From: Neodothiora populina
Lineage: Eukaryota
Direction of reading: 5' to 3'
Length of the DNA: 64,000 nt
Assembly (NCBI RefSeq): GCF_041146345.1
Contig: NW_027191408.1
Span: 62,001 to 126,000, forward strand
Shown here: piece by piece, positions 39,501 through 52,500 of the stretch
How the letters are laid out: each line of letters opens with the position of its first letter
How positions within the stretch are numbered: the first letter of the stretch is position 1
Notes under the pieces: model-generated
Told to the model about the DNA's origin: nothing
What the model saw: only the letters and a program-made list of their open reading frames with translations
The model's database searches: none
Program-made: the position numbers and the translations under genes

Positions 39501-40391
39501 CGTCGCGTTTCTTGTGCCACCTCTCGCTGTTTCATTTCCTTCTATTCTTTCGCCGCTCGGCGCATTAGGGCCCATGGCATTTTATTATCTTTCGTGTCCA
39601 TGTTGTTCTCATTCGTCCCGAAAGAGCGCGGGAAGAGGAAAAGAGGGAAGCAAGAAGACGAGAAAAGAGAGAGAGTCAATCGCCACTCCCCATTCCCCTT
39701 CCCACAAAAAAGCATATCTGCTCAACGAAGCACAGGAGAGCTCTTCCTTTTCTTTCCCAATTTTCATCTACTTTTCAGAGCATCTTACCATTTCTATTCT
39801 CATAGCCTATTTCATGGGTCATTGTGTTTCAGCGAGGGGTTCACGCGAGTCTTTGTTTTATTCTTCCTTGTTATACCATTGTCAGCCTGAGTTGGCGTCA
39901 TAGAATTAGTGGGATAGAGATTATACAGTATATGATGAAGTGGCAGGATGTATGAAAAGACGATGATGTCAACCTCTCGCCTTTCAGTATGTTGTTCCTG
40001 AGTGATTCTCTCTTTCTCGCTTTTGCTTCACTGAGATTCGTGGTGTCTATCGTCATCGGAGAAATGAGAGTTGTTGTTAGTAAGTGGCTCATGTGAAAGT
40101 GGGTTTCGAACATGATTGAAGCTGGCTGGGCGGTTATGTTAATCCTCTCACTGGCATGTTGCGATTATGATGGCGAGTAGACAGGACCAAAGTCATCAAA
40201 GTCACTGGGATAAAGTCAAGGAAACAAGGGAAATTATAACAATTTAGTCATGACTTCGGACACCGTCATGTTCTTCTGTGCCCCCTCTCTATAGCTGGTG
40301 CCGAACCTGCATACCTGCACAACCTCGAGTGCTCTGAACCCTCATCGACGAGGTCACGAACTGCAACAAGAAGGACGACAGTAGAGAAACA

Positions 40392-41356
40392 TCAAGAGAC
40401 CTCCTCGATCAACCTCGCCGCCGCCGCCCCCCGCCGTCTAGGCCCCGCCCAGCCCGTCCTGAGCGCGTCTCCGAGCGGCTGGTCTTTCTCGAGCCACTCC
40501 TCCGGCACGCCGAGTCTGATGCCTTTGCTGTTCTGGACGTAGCGGACGAGATACGGGGTGGGTTTGGGCAGCTCGCCGTCTTCGTCTTCCGAGGGCGTGG
40601 CGTCGGCGGCGGCTTGTGCGGCGATGATCTCGGCGCGCGTGCGTCGTTTTGGAGCGGGCTTTTTGAGGAGCTTGTTTATTGTGTCCATCTGGGGAGCAGG
40701 TTTAGCTGGGGGATGCTTGACGGAAAAAGATATGCGAGATCGGGGTTTACCTTTTCTTCTTCGTTACGTTTCTCTGATAGGTTCTTTCTGCGTCTGGCCA
40801 TCTCGGCTCTACGCATGGAGATTTCCTCGGCGGTCAAGTGTTTCTTCTTCTGAGCTTCGTTGGACAAGGCCATCAGATCCCCTTCTTCCCTGCTGTCTTC
40901 GTAGGCGGCTCGTTGTCTTCGGGTCAACTTGCTGAGGTCGGGAGTGCCGTCTCGCGTGACGCCTTCTTCGTCGTCGTCCAGATCGCTCTCCTCGCGGTCT
41001 TCTTCTACGTCTTCGTCGAGGACCTCCTCTTCGTCGTCCAGGTCGGATAGCTCGTCATCGTCTTCTGCTTCTTTCTGTTCGACAGACTTGAGGGGACCCC
41101 TTGCGGGTGGAGGTGCCACGGCTATGTCGGCCTTTTGCTTGCCTTTGGTTTTACTTGTAGTCGGAGCAGTGACTATGACCGGTGGCGGAGGATGCGGCTC
41201 GTCCATGTCGAGTTCATCGCCCTCTGCGTCTTCTTCGTCACTGTCGTCGACGCCGGCTTCTTCGTCTTCGTCGTCATCGTCTGCGTCTTCATCCTCGCCG
41301 TCTTCGTCGTCTTCTTCATCCTCCATTTCTTCGTCTTCGTCATTGTCGTTCTCATT

Positions 41357-41401
<45 letters not shown>

Positions 41402-41689
41402 GTCTGGCTCGACGACGGTTCGTGGATTTCGTGTCGCTCTTGACGGTCGTGGAGGGGGATCAGGAGTCTCGGAGTCGGCATCTTGTCTGTTGAAGTCAGA
41501 TGGCAGATCGCTGCCGGAGATTGCCTGGCGTAATTTGCTCGGGGGAGCTTTGACTGTCAGCCTTATCGACGGGTGTGATGCCGTGTTTGACGATGAGTGT
41601 TGGATTGTCGCGGATGAACGTGCGGGTGGGCTGTCAGTCGGTCTGGTTAGTTCTGGCTTACGCGGGCGAAGGGAGCGCGTCGGTGGCAT
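40392..41689 (-). CDS. IES2: INO80 chromatin-remodelling complex subunit Ies2 (PAPA-1 domain); intron about 40689-40750
   Basis: DLSKLTRRQR, ALSNEAQKKKHLTAEEISMRRAEMARRRKNLSEKRNEEEK|MDTINKLLKK; long acidic tract. Confidence 0.88.
41357..41398. repeat. (GTC)14 microsatellite encoding poly-Asp in Ies2
   Basis: Perfect trinucleotide run. Confidence 0.9.
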
Positions 41690-42523
41690 TTGGGCGGGAG
41701 CAGACGGTATTGACAGGAGGTGGTGGTTATATCAATGGTATGGGCGCAGAGCAAGAACAGATGGGATTGTGGATGATGGAAGCGCGACACTGTCAATCCA
41801 ATCTACGAAGCGAGGAATGTGCTCAGGCTCAGGCACAGGCAACACATCAGGCTGATTTCCCCCCTTCCTCTTATCAATCGTGTGACAGTCACGTAACTTG
41901 AACAGCATCGTCTCGGATGTTTGCACGACACTCACGACGCACACACCCCTCATGGGTGTATGGCTTTCCATGTCGCCTAGGCATGCTGCCATCGGCACTT
42001 GTTGCACCAGGTGGCGCATGTGATACCAAAGAAAGAAACAGGAAAAGACTATCGAGAGAACAAAGAAATTCTGTCTGACATACCTACTACCATTGGATCG
42101 GGAGGCACTCCCCATGTCAGAGCGCGCTGTGGGGGCACCGTCGGGACCTTTTTGTCGCTTGTTGACCGATTGAAAGGACATGTCTGGATATTCAGTGATG
42201 CAATCGTAGATGTGAATGTTGTTGCAAATGCGATTGGCTTCATAGACGCAGCTCCATCCCCAGCCTGCGATACGATACAATGTCCAATTGCGTACCGCTC
42301 AAAGCTGGTCGCCCGCGCGCTTAGTCAGCCACCTCTATACCATCGGCCCCGGACCTCGGCTCGGCGTTTAGTGTTGATGAGATGGAGGAGAAGGTAAGGT
42401 ATGACATCGATCCGGGTCTGTGATCAAGCGTGTTGCTCTGGCATAAGGTACCTTGATCACAGCACTTATCTCTGACGGCCAGAAACAACAATCACGAGCG
42501 AATCTCTCAAGCATCTCTGAATC

Positions 42524-43921
42524 ATGGCCGACCGGTTGAAGCCACGACCTGCCATACCTGCGTGGCAACGTGCACAGCAGCCATTGACACCCGCCGAGAC
42601 TAACAGTAAAGCTACCACAAACATGTCAGATCCTGACCAGGTTGGCGCAGCTCCCGAGCTGGAGGCTGATTCTCATGGAAGTAGTGGTCACAGTCGCGTT
42701 GACCCTAACATATCGAGAGATGCCGCCGAACAAGGACACGATGCCAGCGAGACCGCACCCAAACATACAACAGGCAACGCAGCGTCCGATAATACTCCCA
42801 GCACGGATGGCTCAGACGTGGCAGCAAGACAGGAATTTGAAGCCAGCAAAGAGACACCAAGCTCTCCCACCGAGCCAGATCAGGCGCCTAACAACGCCGC
42901 AACGACGGACGGCTCTGATATAGCAGCGAAACAAGAGTTCGATGCAAGCAAGACGGTCATCGACCAAGTCCGCCAATTCCTGAACGATCCCGGTGTCAAA
43001 GGCGAACCAACAGAAAAGAAATGCAGCTTCCTCGTGTCAAAAGGGGTGTCGAGAGATATCATCGACGAGGTCTTGGCCGACAGCGTGCCTTCCTCATTCA
43101 GTCCCTCTGAATTTCAAAACAGCTCCGCAAAGCAGTCACCGGCACCGGTCCTGCCAAAAGATATCCCGCCCATCGTGACATATCCCGAGTTTCTCGTACA
43201 ACCGCAGAAGCCGCCGCCGTTGGTGACGGTCAGCCGTCTGTTATGCACCGCGTATATCACCGGTGGTCTGGCCGCCACGATATACGGTCTGTCGCAGTTC
43301 CTCATTGCTCCCATGACGGAGAATCTCACTGAAGCTCGCCATGACTTTGCCTCGCACACTTCTTCAGGCTTGACCAAGATCACGGAAAGGCTCAGCGGCT
43401 TGGTGTCAGAGGTGCCTACTACGACCAAGCCGAAGGCGGGACTCGACAACCCAGACGACGTCGACAACGACGACGACGCCGAAAGCACAGTATCCGACCC
43501 CACGGAGCTGTTCCATCGCGACATCGGCACACAGACCTCGTCTCTACCATCTCCAGGGGACGATTCGTCATCATCATCCCTCGGATCCCCAGAAACTACA
43601 CTGACAAAGCAAGAAACGCGCCTCAAGATCCTGCACTCACATCTCGACGAACTACTGCAGCACTCGGAGACAAACGGCTCCACAAACGAAGACATGCACA
43701 ACGACATTGCCGACTTCAGACAGTCTCTGGACGACATGATCTATTCGCCTCCGTCTTATCAATTCACTAATGATAGCGCATATACTCTGCCAGGCAGCAA
43801 CACGCCGAGAGGCGCCGACAAGAAGGACGATGCTGTCGCTGCGTTCAAGGCGGAGATCCGTGGTGTCAAGGGTGTCTTGTTGAGTGCCAAGAGATTTCCG
43901 CCTGCCACTGCTGTGCGATGA
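42524..43921 (+). CDS. PEX33: Peroxin Pex14/17 (Pex33) of filamentous fungi
   Basis: Pex14 N-terminal-like domain (VRQFLNDPGVK...KCSFLVSKGVSRDII), PPIVTYPEFL, one TM segment, SDPTELFHRDIGTQT, KAEIRGVKGVLLSAKRFP. Confidence 0.8.
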   Translation: MADRLKPRPAIPAWQRAQQPLTPAETNSKATTNMSDPDQVGAAPELEADSHGSSGHSRVDPNISRDAAEQGHDASETAPKHTTGNAASDNTPSTDGSDVAARQEFEASKETPSSPTEPDQAPNNAATTDGSDIAAKQEFDASKTVIDQVRQFLNDPGVKGEPTEKKCSFLVSKGVSRDIIDEVLADSVPSSFSPSEFQNSSAKQSPAPVLPKDIPPIVTYPEFLVQPQKPPPLVTVSRLLCTAYITGGLAATIYGLSQFLIAPMTENLTEARHDFASHTSSGLTKITERLSGLVSEVPTTTKPKAGLDNPDDVDNDDDAESTVSDPTELFHRDIGTQTSSLPSPGDDSSSSSLGSPETTLTKQETRLKILHSHLDELLQHSETNGSTNEDMHNDIADFRQSLDDMIYSPPSYQFTNDSAYTLPGSNTPRGADKKDDAVAAFKAEIRGVKGVLLSAKRFPPATAVR

Positions 43922-44378
43922 ACATGATTGACATGGTTCGAAACGCACAGCATCTCATATGATTCAGCAGAACATCTGCCCTGTCAAGAACGACACTAAG
44001 GCGTGACGAATTCCAGTCTCAGTGTATCACAACAGCACAAACCAGTCCAAGTCAATCCAGCCAACCAACCAGGTGAATGACCGATTGCGATTCCCAACCC
44101 ATCAATCAGGCAGGAAGCCTAATTTCCCATCTATCCATCTATCCGTCAATTCGCGACAACGAGCCCCAACATTCCACAGACCAAAAGGCTCAAGCAAGAA
44201 ACCTCTCGCCCATCGTACGCATGCCCCTCTAAGCAACCTCCAAGAGGCCATGACGCCAGGCTCGCAGAAGGAAAATCCAAAAGGAGAACTTGCGTGGTCG
44301 AGGATCACGTATGTACCACGTGTACGCATACATGCCGATCGAAACTCCAGAAACTACTGGGTACTGGGTACTCGATGT

Positions 44379-44406
44379 TCGACACTCGACACTCGACACT
44401 CGACAC
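44379..44406. repeat. (TCGACAC)4 heptamer tandem repeat
   Basis: Seen directly; preceded by a short TACTGGG duplication. Confidence 0.85.
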
Positions 44407-45157
44407 AACAATGACAGAGAGCGCAGCGCAGTCGAGCTCCTTGCGTTCCTCCGGACAAGAGACTCTCGGTATCGTGCCTGGAGTAAAGATGTGTCGTTGA
44501 CGTGCCCAAAGCGCGCAAGGAGATTGGCGGAAGAGCCCAGAAGGGGACAACTGGAGTAGGGGTAGCAGAGCGTTGGAGTAATCGATCAGCGCAGAATCAC
44601 ATCAATACAACCCAGATCAAATCAAAATAAAACCAATTCAAACCAGGCAGACTTACCTGCCGTCTGACTGACTACCAGACTGCCACGATTCTGTTTAGTA
44701 AGTCACTCATGTGCAGAGATTGAATCTGGGAAGAAGACAGTGTGTACTATTGACTACGACTACTACGACTACCGCTGTTGATTATCACCAAGACTACCAC
44801 TTTAACCACCCCTACCTACTGTGTATATAACCAAGGCTAAGTAAATGAAAAAAGCGGTGACTTCCACAAAGGCAAAGTGACGCAAAACAAAGCCACTCGA
44901 AGTGTCCAACACGAGCAAAGAGCCTCGATCCGACCACTGAGACACGATTATGTCAATGCTAGCCGTGCTCACCTACCCCAAAACCATGTGTCATAGCATA
45001 CCACCTGATGAAAGACTCCCCTGAGAACGCCTCCCTTTGGAACTCAGCGATGTTCTGATTGTCCCGGTTTTTGATTGTCTTTTCTCTCCGCGATTATTGG
45101 TTGCTGACCCCTCGTTTTAGTCCTTTTATTTAATTGTTGTGTAACTCCATTACTCTC

Positions 45158-45958
45158 TTATTCTTCTCCGCCTGCAGGTCTCGAGGCCGGACGGGTAGGT
45201 GCAAAGGTAATGGCGCCGGTGCTGCTGAACACGGGGAGCTGATCCCTGCTGACGCCTCTTCCATGGGGATGTTGTTGCCATCCTCTAGGATCAAACGCAG
45301 CACCATCGTCTTGGCCTGCGTTACTACCGTCTGGTCGTGCGAATGATGACGAGGCTACTGCGTCAGAGACAACCATGTCTGGGTGGACTATCATGCTCTC
45401 TTTGATCATGGACCTGATGTCTCCCTGCTCATTCTCCATGTTGCTGTTGCCATCTGGGTGGCTTGGCTGTGACTGAGAGTCGACTTCGGTGGATCTGGGG
45501 TTGAACTCGTATTGTATGTATCCATTGTTGTTCCCATTGTTGAATCCTTGACGGCCCTGCGAAGGGTAGATATCTATGTTCTCTGTCGGTGTGTGGATTT
45601 GAGACATGGATGTTGGTGTGAATACAGGCGGGGACACTGCGTGACGGTTGTCATCTTCCAGGTAAGTCCCCGATGCTAGATGCGTAGATATATCGTCTAT
45701 CAGTTGCTTCGGTAGTGCCGAGTCCTGCAGCTCCAACACAGCAGAGGCGGGCTCGATGATTTTCTCAGGTGAGGGCTGGCGCACTGTGAAGTCCGGAACA
45801 GGCGATGCCGACTCTTGTTTCACTGCATTGGATGAGACTTTTGTCTCAAGTCGCGGTGGGGCTGTGGGTTCCGCATGTATTTGCGCCATGTCGACGTCTT
45901 TTCGTACCGGGGCCTTATCAGAAGGCCTTTTCATGAGTCTCGACCTAGCCCTCTCTTC

Positions 45959-45994
<36 letters not shown>

Positions 45995-48841
45995 CTTCTC
46001 TGCCTCCAGTCGCTCCTGAGTCTTGCGTTCCGATTGCTCTCTTGTGCCGAGCTTAAGCATTATACGCTTAGGTCCAGCCACAGGTTGACGGTCGGAGCTT
46101 TGAGATTCCGTAACACTGCTCCCAAGAGAAGCTACCGCTGCGCTCTCTTTCACCTTGCCCGATGAGGGATTCGCCAGCGCTTTCGTGGGTGTGCGAGGCA
46201 CTGGCGAGGCTGTCCGCGATTCTTGTTTCAGTGCTATAGTTGGTCCACGAGGATTGCGAGCTTTGGCCTGGATGGGCTCTCTGGTAGATGCTCGCGAGCT
46301 CGCGCGCGCTGGAACTGGCGTTGTAGACCTACGTTCCTGACCAGCCGATTTGGAGCTGAACACTTGACTCAATCTGCTGGCTGTCCGCGTAGGGGGACGT
46401 TCAATTGAAGGTATTGGCACATCGGCAGAATTGTGCCCTGGCAGGTCGTGAATTGTCTGCCTTCTCAGCGCATCCGTGATAATATCCATGTCCGGAGCGG
46501 AAGTGGGCGCCTCTTCAGGAGGCTTGGGTTTACGACCTCTGAGCTGTCGGCCTGTATCAACAGGTATTGCGGCAGGACCCGACATTCTTTCCTTCTTTGC
46601 TCTGACTGGGGCAAGATCCTCTGGCTTGTAGCTCTTGGTCTGCCTGTCGGTTGGAATCAGAAGCTTGCTAAGCTCGTGCGTGGCTACTATCCAGTTCACC
46701 TCAGGCGGCGGCACGTATCTGGGCGGTGACACGGGTGCTGCGCGGAGAGTACTTGATATTGTTCGCTTGAAGGTTACCGGATCCACCACTTTCTGTGTGA
46801 ATGATTCTGTGGGCGTCGCATAGGTCGGCAGCTTTCCAGTTCGCTTGGTTGGCGGTGGTGGGGGTGGTGGAGGCGTGATATAATTCTCGAGCGCAGTAAT
46901 ATTTGATATGTGCCACCAGTCAACGTTGTACCCAGAAGCCTGCTCGCTCTTGACTTCTACAGGCTTGTCGATTCCCATGGCAACGATGTTCATTCTCTGA
47001 ACGGCAGACACAACCTCATTCGATGCAGGACCGTCTTGCGACTGGCAAAGTCCTGACAGATGGCTGAGAACGCCACTGGTGAGAGCTCTGTCACTGTAAC
47101 CTCCTTCAAGAACGGAGATGACCCGACCATCCACGGCAGTCCCTTCTTCCTGGGCGAGCTTGATCACGTCGCTGGTGAAACGTGCATAGAACTCAGTAGG
47201 CACGTTGACTGCATGTCTCTGCATGCCCGCACCTTCCCACTCGCTTGCGTCGAATCCTGCAGAAATGAAGATGGCAGCTTTGGCAGGGACCTGCTTTGGC
47301 GTGGCCTTTATTCGCTGGGTCTGACGCTTGAGGAACGCTCTGGCTTTATCCAAAAGTACGATATACTTGGTTTCGTACAGGTCCCAGAATTCGTCCATGG
47401 TCGTCCAGGGCTCGAGATGGACGTTCCAGATGGACTGGTTATGCGCGTTGTCTATACAGAGACTTGCGTTCTGGACTTTCTCTTTGTCGCCCCATTCACA
47501 CGGATAAGAGTTGATATCGTGCATACTGTAATATCCGATGGCTGTTTTCTTGCTGAAGGGTGCACTTTTGGGCATGCCGGCGCTCTTCGTGTTCCTCTGC
47601 CAGGTAACATCCTGAGATCCGTCGCCATGGTGGAGGTCAAAGTCAAAAATGACAGCGTGAGTGAGTCCGTAAGTCTGCGCCGCGTACTCAATGCCGACAT
47701 GGACATTGTTGATCCAGCAGAATCCCGATGGCCAATCTGACGAGCAGTGGTGGCCAGGGGGTCTAATGGCGACGAACGCGCGTTTCGGCGAATCTGCAGT
47801 CGGTGCAAAGACCTGGTCGACCGCATCGCACACGCCACCCAAGGCACCCTCGAGCGCATCGAGCGACTCGGCGCAAAGATACAAATCGCCCTCGTGGAAG
47901 GTCGGCTTCTCCGTGTCCGAGGGAGGAAAGTCATCTTGCCTCGCCAACTCTTTCATTCCCAATGACAACCTAGCGCCGGCGGAGTCGCACATGAACTTCA
48001 ATTCTTCCATCCATTTCTTTCCATGCACAGCGACGACTGCTGGTGAGGTGATGCCAATCGAGCGCGAAGACTTTCGAATCTTGAAAGGAGGTTGGGCGCC
48101 GTGGTTCCTGTCAGGGTGAGGTGGGTAACTTCCTCCTTTGTGGCGGGAACCAAGCCTGACATATGCTGCCGACACTCCTAGTGCGCAGGCAAGTATGCGC
48201 TCCGGTCTCTCCACAATCATGCTCAACGACGACTTGGTGGTCTTGGGTCGGGAGAAACGATGTCCATAGCAGGCATCGTGTATTATAACAACCGTCTCTG
48301 CAGTCGCCGTCTCGTTTTCATGCGCTGCTATATCCTTGGCGAAGAATTCGGAAGCGACAGATGCGGCAGTTGCGACCGGGGGGCCAGCTTCCTCTTTTTG
48401 GGAGGGAAGAACGTTGGAGTAAGACGAGAGTGCGGAAGGCGCGCGCGCCAGGTCCATGGACGACGGAGGTCTTCGAGGCGACGACATTGCTGGCGACGAG
48501 GTTACGCTGGTCATAGAGCTGCTCGAACTCTTTCTTGTCACCTTTGGGCCGGAAAAAGAGGGGCTCCTGTTGTGTTGACCTCCAGAAGTCTTGCGGAAAT
48601 GTCCTGGAGATGATATGGGCAGAGGCGAGCCAGTCCTGGATGGGCTAAGGGGTACTCTCATGTTGAAATTCATCGATGTCCTCCTGGACACAGTGGGTGA
48701 AGCATGTGAGGGTTCGACAGTGTCTCTCGGGACAGGAGTTATAGACAGAGCATTCATGTTCCGAGACAGGAAAGTCGCCTCTCCTCCTGTGCCTTCACCT
48801 GCGTCTTCCATTCTTTCGCCTGGTGGCGCCTGGCCATTCAT
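45158..48841 (-). CDS. HOS3: Histone deacetylase Hos3-like
   Basis: IVERPERI, RPPGHHC, GFCWINNV, DFDLHHGDG, SAGFDASEWE, VLEGGY; long low-complexity tails including Q11 at 45960-45992. Confidence 0.92.
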
Positions 48842-49543
48842 GTTTCAGATGGGAGGCTTATCGATTGTCTTGTTGGAATGTTGTGCGACAGGTTGTAAGG
48901 AGAGCATCTTTTGGCTAACACATGTTCCTGCCTCTGTCTCTTGTTTATGGGGTAGATTTCTGTCAGGGATTAAGCTTGGGGTCGTGGTGGGGCCGCGTTT
49001 AATGACGTGAAGTGAACCTGTTTCATTGCCGTGGCGCCAAACCCCCTGCGATCAAGTTATCTTTCGGTTAATCCTCCGCGATGCTGTAAGGCGCTTCTAG
49101 CCACGTCGATCTACCAATCTGCGATTCCTCGCAGCCTCAACACGACTACTGTGTCTGCAGCATACCAAATATCAGTTCACAACGTCGGGCGACTGCAGCA
49201 ATTTACATAGAAGGTGCACATAGAAAGGTGACCAAAGGAAGCACTAGATGTGCCCAATATCATATTCGAGCCTTGGCGATGGATACGACTCACAAGCCAT
49301 GCCATGTCTTCGCTAGAAAATGGACCATCTCGATTGACAATGACCATAACGATACCCCCTTATACCTACATATGCATCGCTTCCACCTCTTTCGGAGACT
49401 CTTCACCACGTGAAAGATTGCTTTGCCTCTCACAATTCAGAAAATTGACCTACTTCACGTTGGCATATCTGTACTCCCACGCCTCTTCTACCCCAAGCAG
49501 ATTGTCCCGATAGACGCAGAGAAACGACTCAAGCAGCTTTTAC

Positions 49544-52500
49544 TCAGAACTGTCCGTGCATGGCAGCCATATCGCTGTTGGGTATACCAAAAAACTGAAA
49601 CCAATCATCCACATTTAGAGTGGTCGGCACTCCTCCACTCTGGGCCGATCCTGAATGCTGCGACCACGTGTCGTCAGGCCGACGATGAGCTTCCGCTTGT
49701 TGGAATTGTGCCCAGGCAGCAGGATCTTGATATTGTGGTTGGCCCAGTTGTGACGGGTGCGAATGTGGCGCAAGTCCGTTCGACCCTGGTGGATGCATTG
49801 CTGCTTCATGATGCATAGTGTTTGCCATATGTTGCGGTGGCGGCGGCGTCGGATGTGTTTGCTGTGGTGGCATGGCTGCCTGATGAAGGCTGACGGGAGT
49901 ATACTGGGTTGTCTGGGGCTGTTGTGGTCCTGGCGCGTGGCGAAGGGCCGGATCCACCATACCGTGATGCGATTGTCCGGGGCTCGAAAGGGGGAACAGC
50001 ATGTTCATGTCTGGTGGGAAAAGCTGGTCCGGCTGGTAATTTTGCCAAAGGTCCTGTGAAATATTCGGCGAGTTCCTAGTGTGTAAGAACAGGTCCGGTG
50101 GTGTGCCCGGATATGAATAGGTGTTGAAAGGCGTTGTCTGACGAGTGCCGCTCCTCGATGCGCCCATGAACGCATCCGAGTTCTGCCGCAAAGGAGGACT
50201 GCCTGCCAATGTAGGGGGCAGGTGACCATGAGATTGCTGATTGTCTTTTGGTGCGTTCACAGGCGATTGCGGTCGAGACCGTTCATACGACATCTGTGCA
50301 GACGGCGGACCCCCAGAATATGTGCCGAAGTCCAGATCCTCGAATTTTCGCTTCTGAGCCTGTGTTGGCTTCGTTTCGCTATCTGACCGAGACAATCCGA
50401 CTGGTGCAGATTTGGGCTTGTGCTTGCTGTGTGCTTTTCCGGCAGCCTTCTGTAGTCGTTCCTCCAATTGCTTGTTTCCCAAGATGGATTCGAAGAGCGT
50501 GTGAACCATCTTGGCCACCAGCCAAACCTTAGACACGGACTTGAGGGCGTTCATGCAGATCGTCAGCCTCTGCTGCGTGGTGGACACGACTGCTTGATTC
50601 GACGATCTCATCTGGTAGACGTGCATGATCAGTGCAGAAAATAAACTATAAACGCTGAAGCAGAAGGTCAGCTCGTCGTCTACAAATCACACCTCGCAAT
50701 GGACGTACATGAATGCAGGGGTATATCTGGTCTCGTTGTGCTGCTCGAGCGACTCGACAATCGCAGTAATCATGCCAGCAGCTTGGTAGGCAATGTTTCT
50801 CGATGGGTATGCCATGTCATCAGGGTATCCGTTGAGGACTTTGCCATCGGCACCAGCCGGTGGCATATGCGCGCGATGGAGCAAACATAAAGTAGTACTG
50901 CCGAGTCAGCCTGGGAGTAGGAACAATCACAAAGGATCGGACTCACTAGTAGTTCGAATGAAGCAACGCGGGCCAAAACTGGTGATTATTCTTATCCCAA
51001 TATACTTCTTTCGGGCAGTTCTGCAGCCAGTCTGCCAGAGCCATATCGCAGTGAGTCAGATCGATGGCGTTGTTGTGTCCTCTCTTCTGAGAAGACGCCG
51101 AGTAATTCTGGGAAAGGACTAAGCCCATGATCTCGCATAGCTTGACGTAATTCAAGAAAAACTGCACATGCACAGGATCGGGTGGGTACTCTGCTGGTTT
51201 GTCTGGTTCATCCTCGATGAAGTCTTCCTCGGAGACCATCTCGACGTCAGCGTCCTCGATGGATATCCCGCACGGTCGGCCTAGAGCGACGGCGACAGAA
51301 CGATCTCGCGTGAACAAAGTCCACCAGATGCGCTTCCATAATCTTTTGTCAGGCTTGCTGAGCTGGGAACGTTCGACGCTGATGGGGTGGTTAGCAAGTA
51401 ATCGACGACGACGACAGGTCAAAAGGCAGTGTAAGCACCTTCTATGCATGCCGGAGCCCTGAGCAACAATTATGGCAACTCTGCTCCAGTAGAAAACGTT
51501 CTTTGTCACGTCTGATGCAATGTCAGAACGGGCGTACATGGGTATCTCAGCTCTTTCTCTCTGCTTCTTACCCTCTGGACCTTCCCAATACCAGCCCATC
51601 AGGATAAGGGATTGGACTATGGTCACTCTGTCGTCCTCGTAATTGGCATCGAACAGTGCCTTTGCTCTCTTGTAAAAGGTCATGGCCGCCGGCGTAGTGG
51701 ATCCGTTCACATCCATGAGCTGCGAATTGGTACAGACGCGGGAGCCAGCAAGAAGTATGGCTTGCAGCAGGAGCAAAGAAGGGGGGTTCTTGGGGTCTTT
51801 GTATCTGCGCATGAACTTGCTGCGATTTATGACGGGCACAACGGGGGCGATCCAGGTGAAAAAGGCATCCACGAGCTCATCGCAGAGCTGACGCGGTGGC
51901 AGGAGGAAGGCCCCTCTCTCGTGAAGCACGCGCAACTCCAAGTCATCAAGCTCCGTGACGCGAGCCTTTGTGCCCTTCATGGTTTCCGGTAAGGGATAGT
52001 GGACCACATCCGTGTTCCCGTGTCTGTCATGGACTAGCAAAGACAGATTCGACGACTCTCCCAGGTACGCAACCCTGCCAGCCTCCTTGATGGGCGCACG
52101 AGCGAATTTGGGCTTCATGTACTGCGCCCAGCTCTGGTCCTGGACCTTGGCCGAGGCGATGTAGTCTTCGGTATTCGAGGTTGCAGGCATGCCGGTGTAA
52201 TCGATCCCGTCGCGTGGAGGTAACTGAGGCAGTGCTACGGGAGTCGCAGAATGCGTGTGGGACCGAGGAGTCGGTTGAGGCAAAGGCGCTGCTGGAGACT
52301 GTTTGTCTGCTTGGCTCATGGCATCACCGCGGTCACTGAGGAGTAGTGGTGTCAGAGGAGTACACAACGGTGGAACACGATATCGCCACGACAGGGATCA
52401 AGTACCTGTCTGAATCCTTTGCTTTTGCTGCTCCTGTCTTCTTCCGTTTCGGCGTCGGAATCTTGCACTCGATGCTGAAGGCGACGCAATTTGTGCAGGG

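Noticed and set aside
39930..40002. Box C/D snoRNA (ATGATGA...CTGA)
   Set aside because: No terminal stem or recognisable rRNA guide; lies in probable 3' UTR DNA.
40929..41855. 308-aa Ser-rich plus-strand ORF and similar long antisense ORFs (11417-12139, 47060-47740, 54828-55454, 57070-57807)
   Set aside because: Shadows of opposite-strand genes or repeats; no domain features.
44651..44660. ACTTACCTG as U1 snRNA 5' end
   Set aside because: Downstream sequence does not resemble U1; better read as a minus-strand splice donor.
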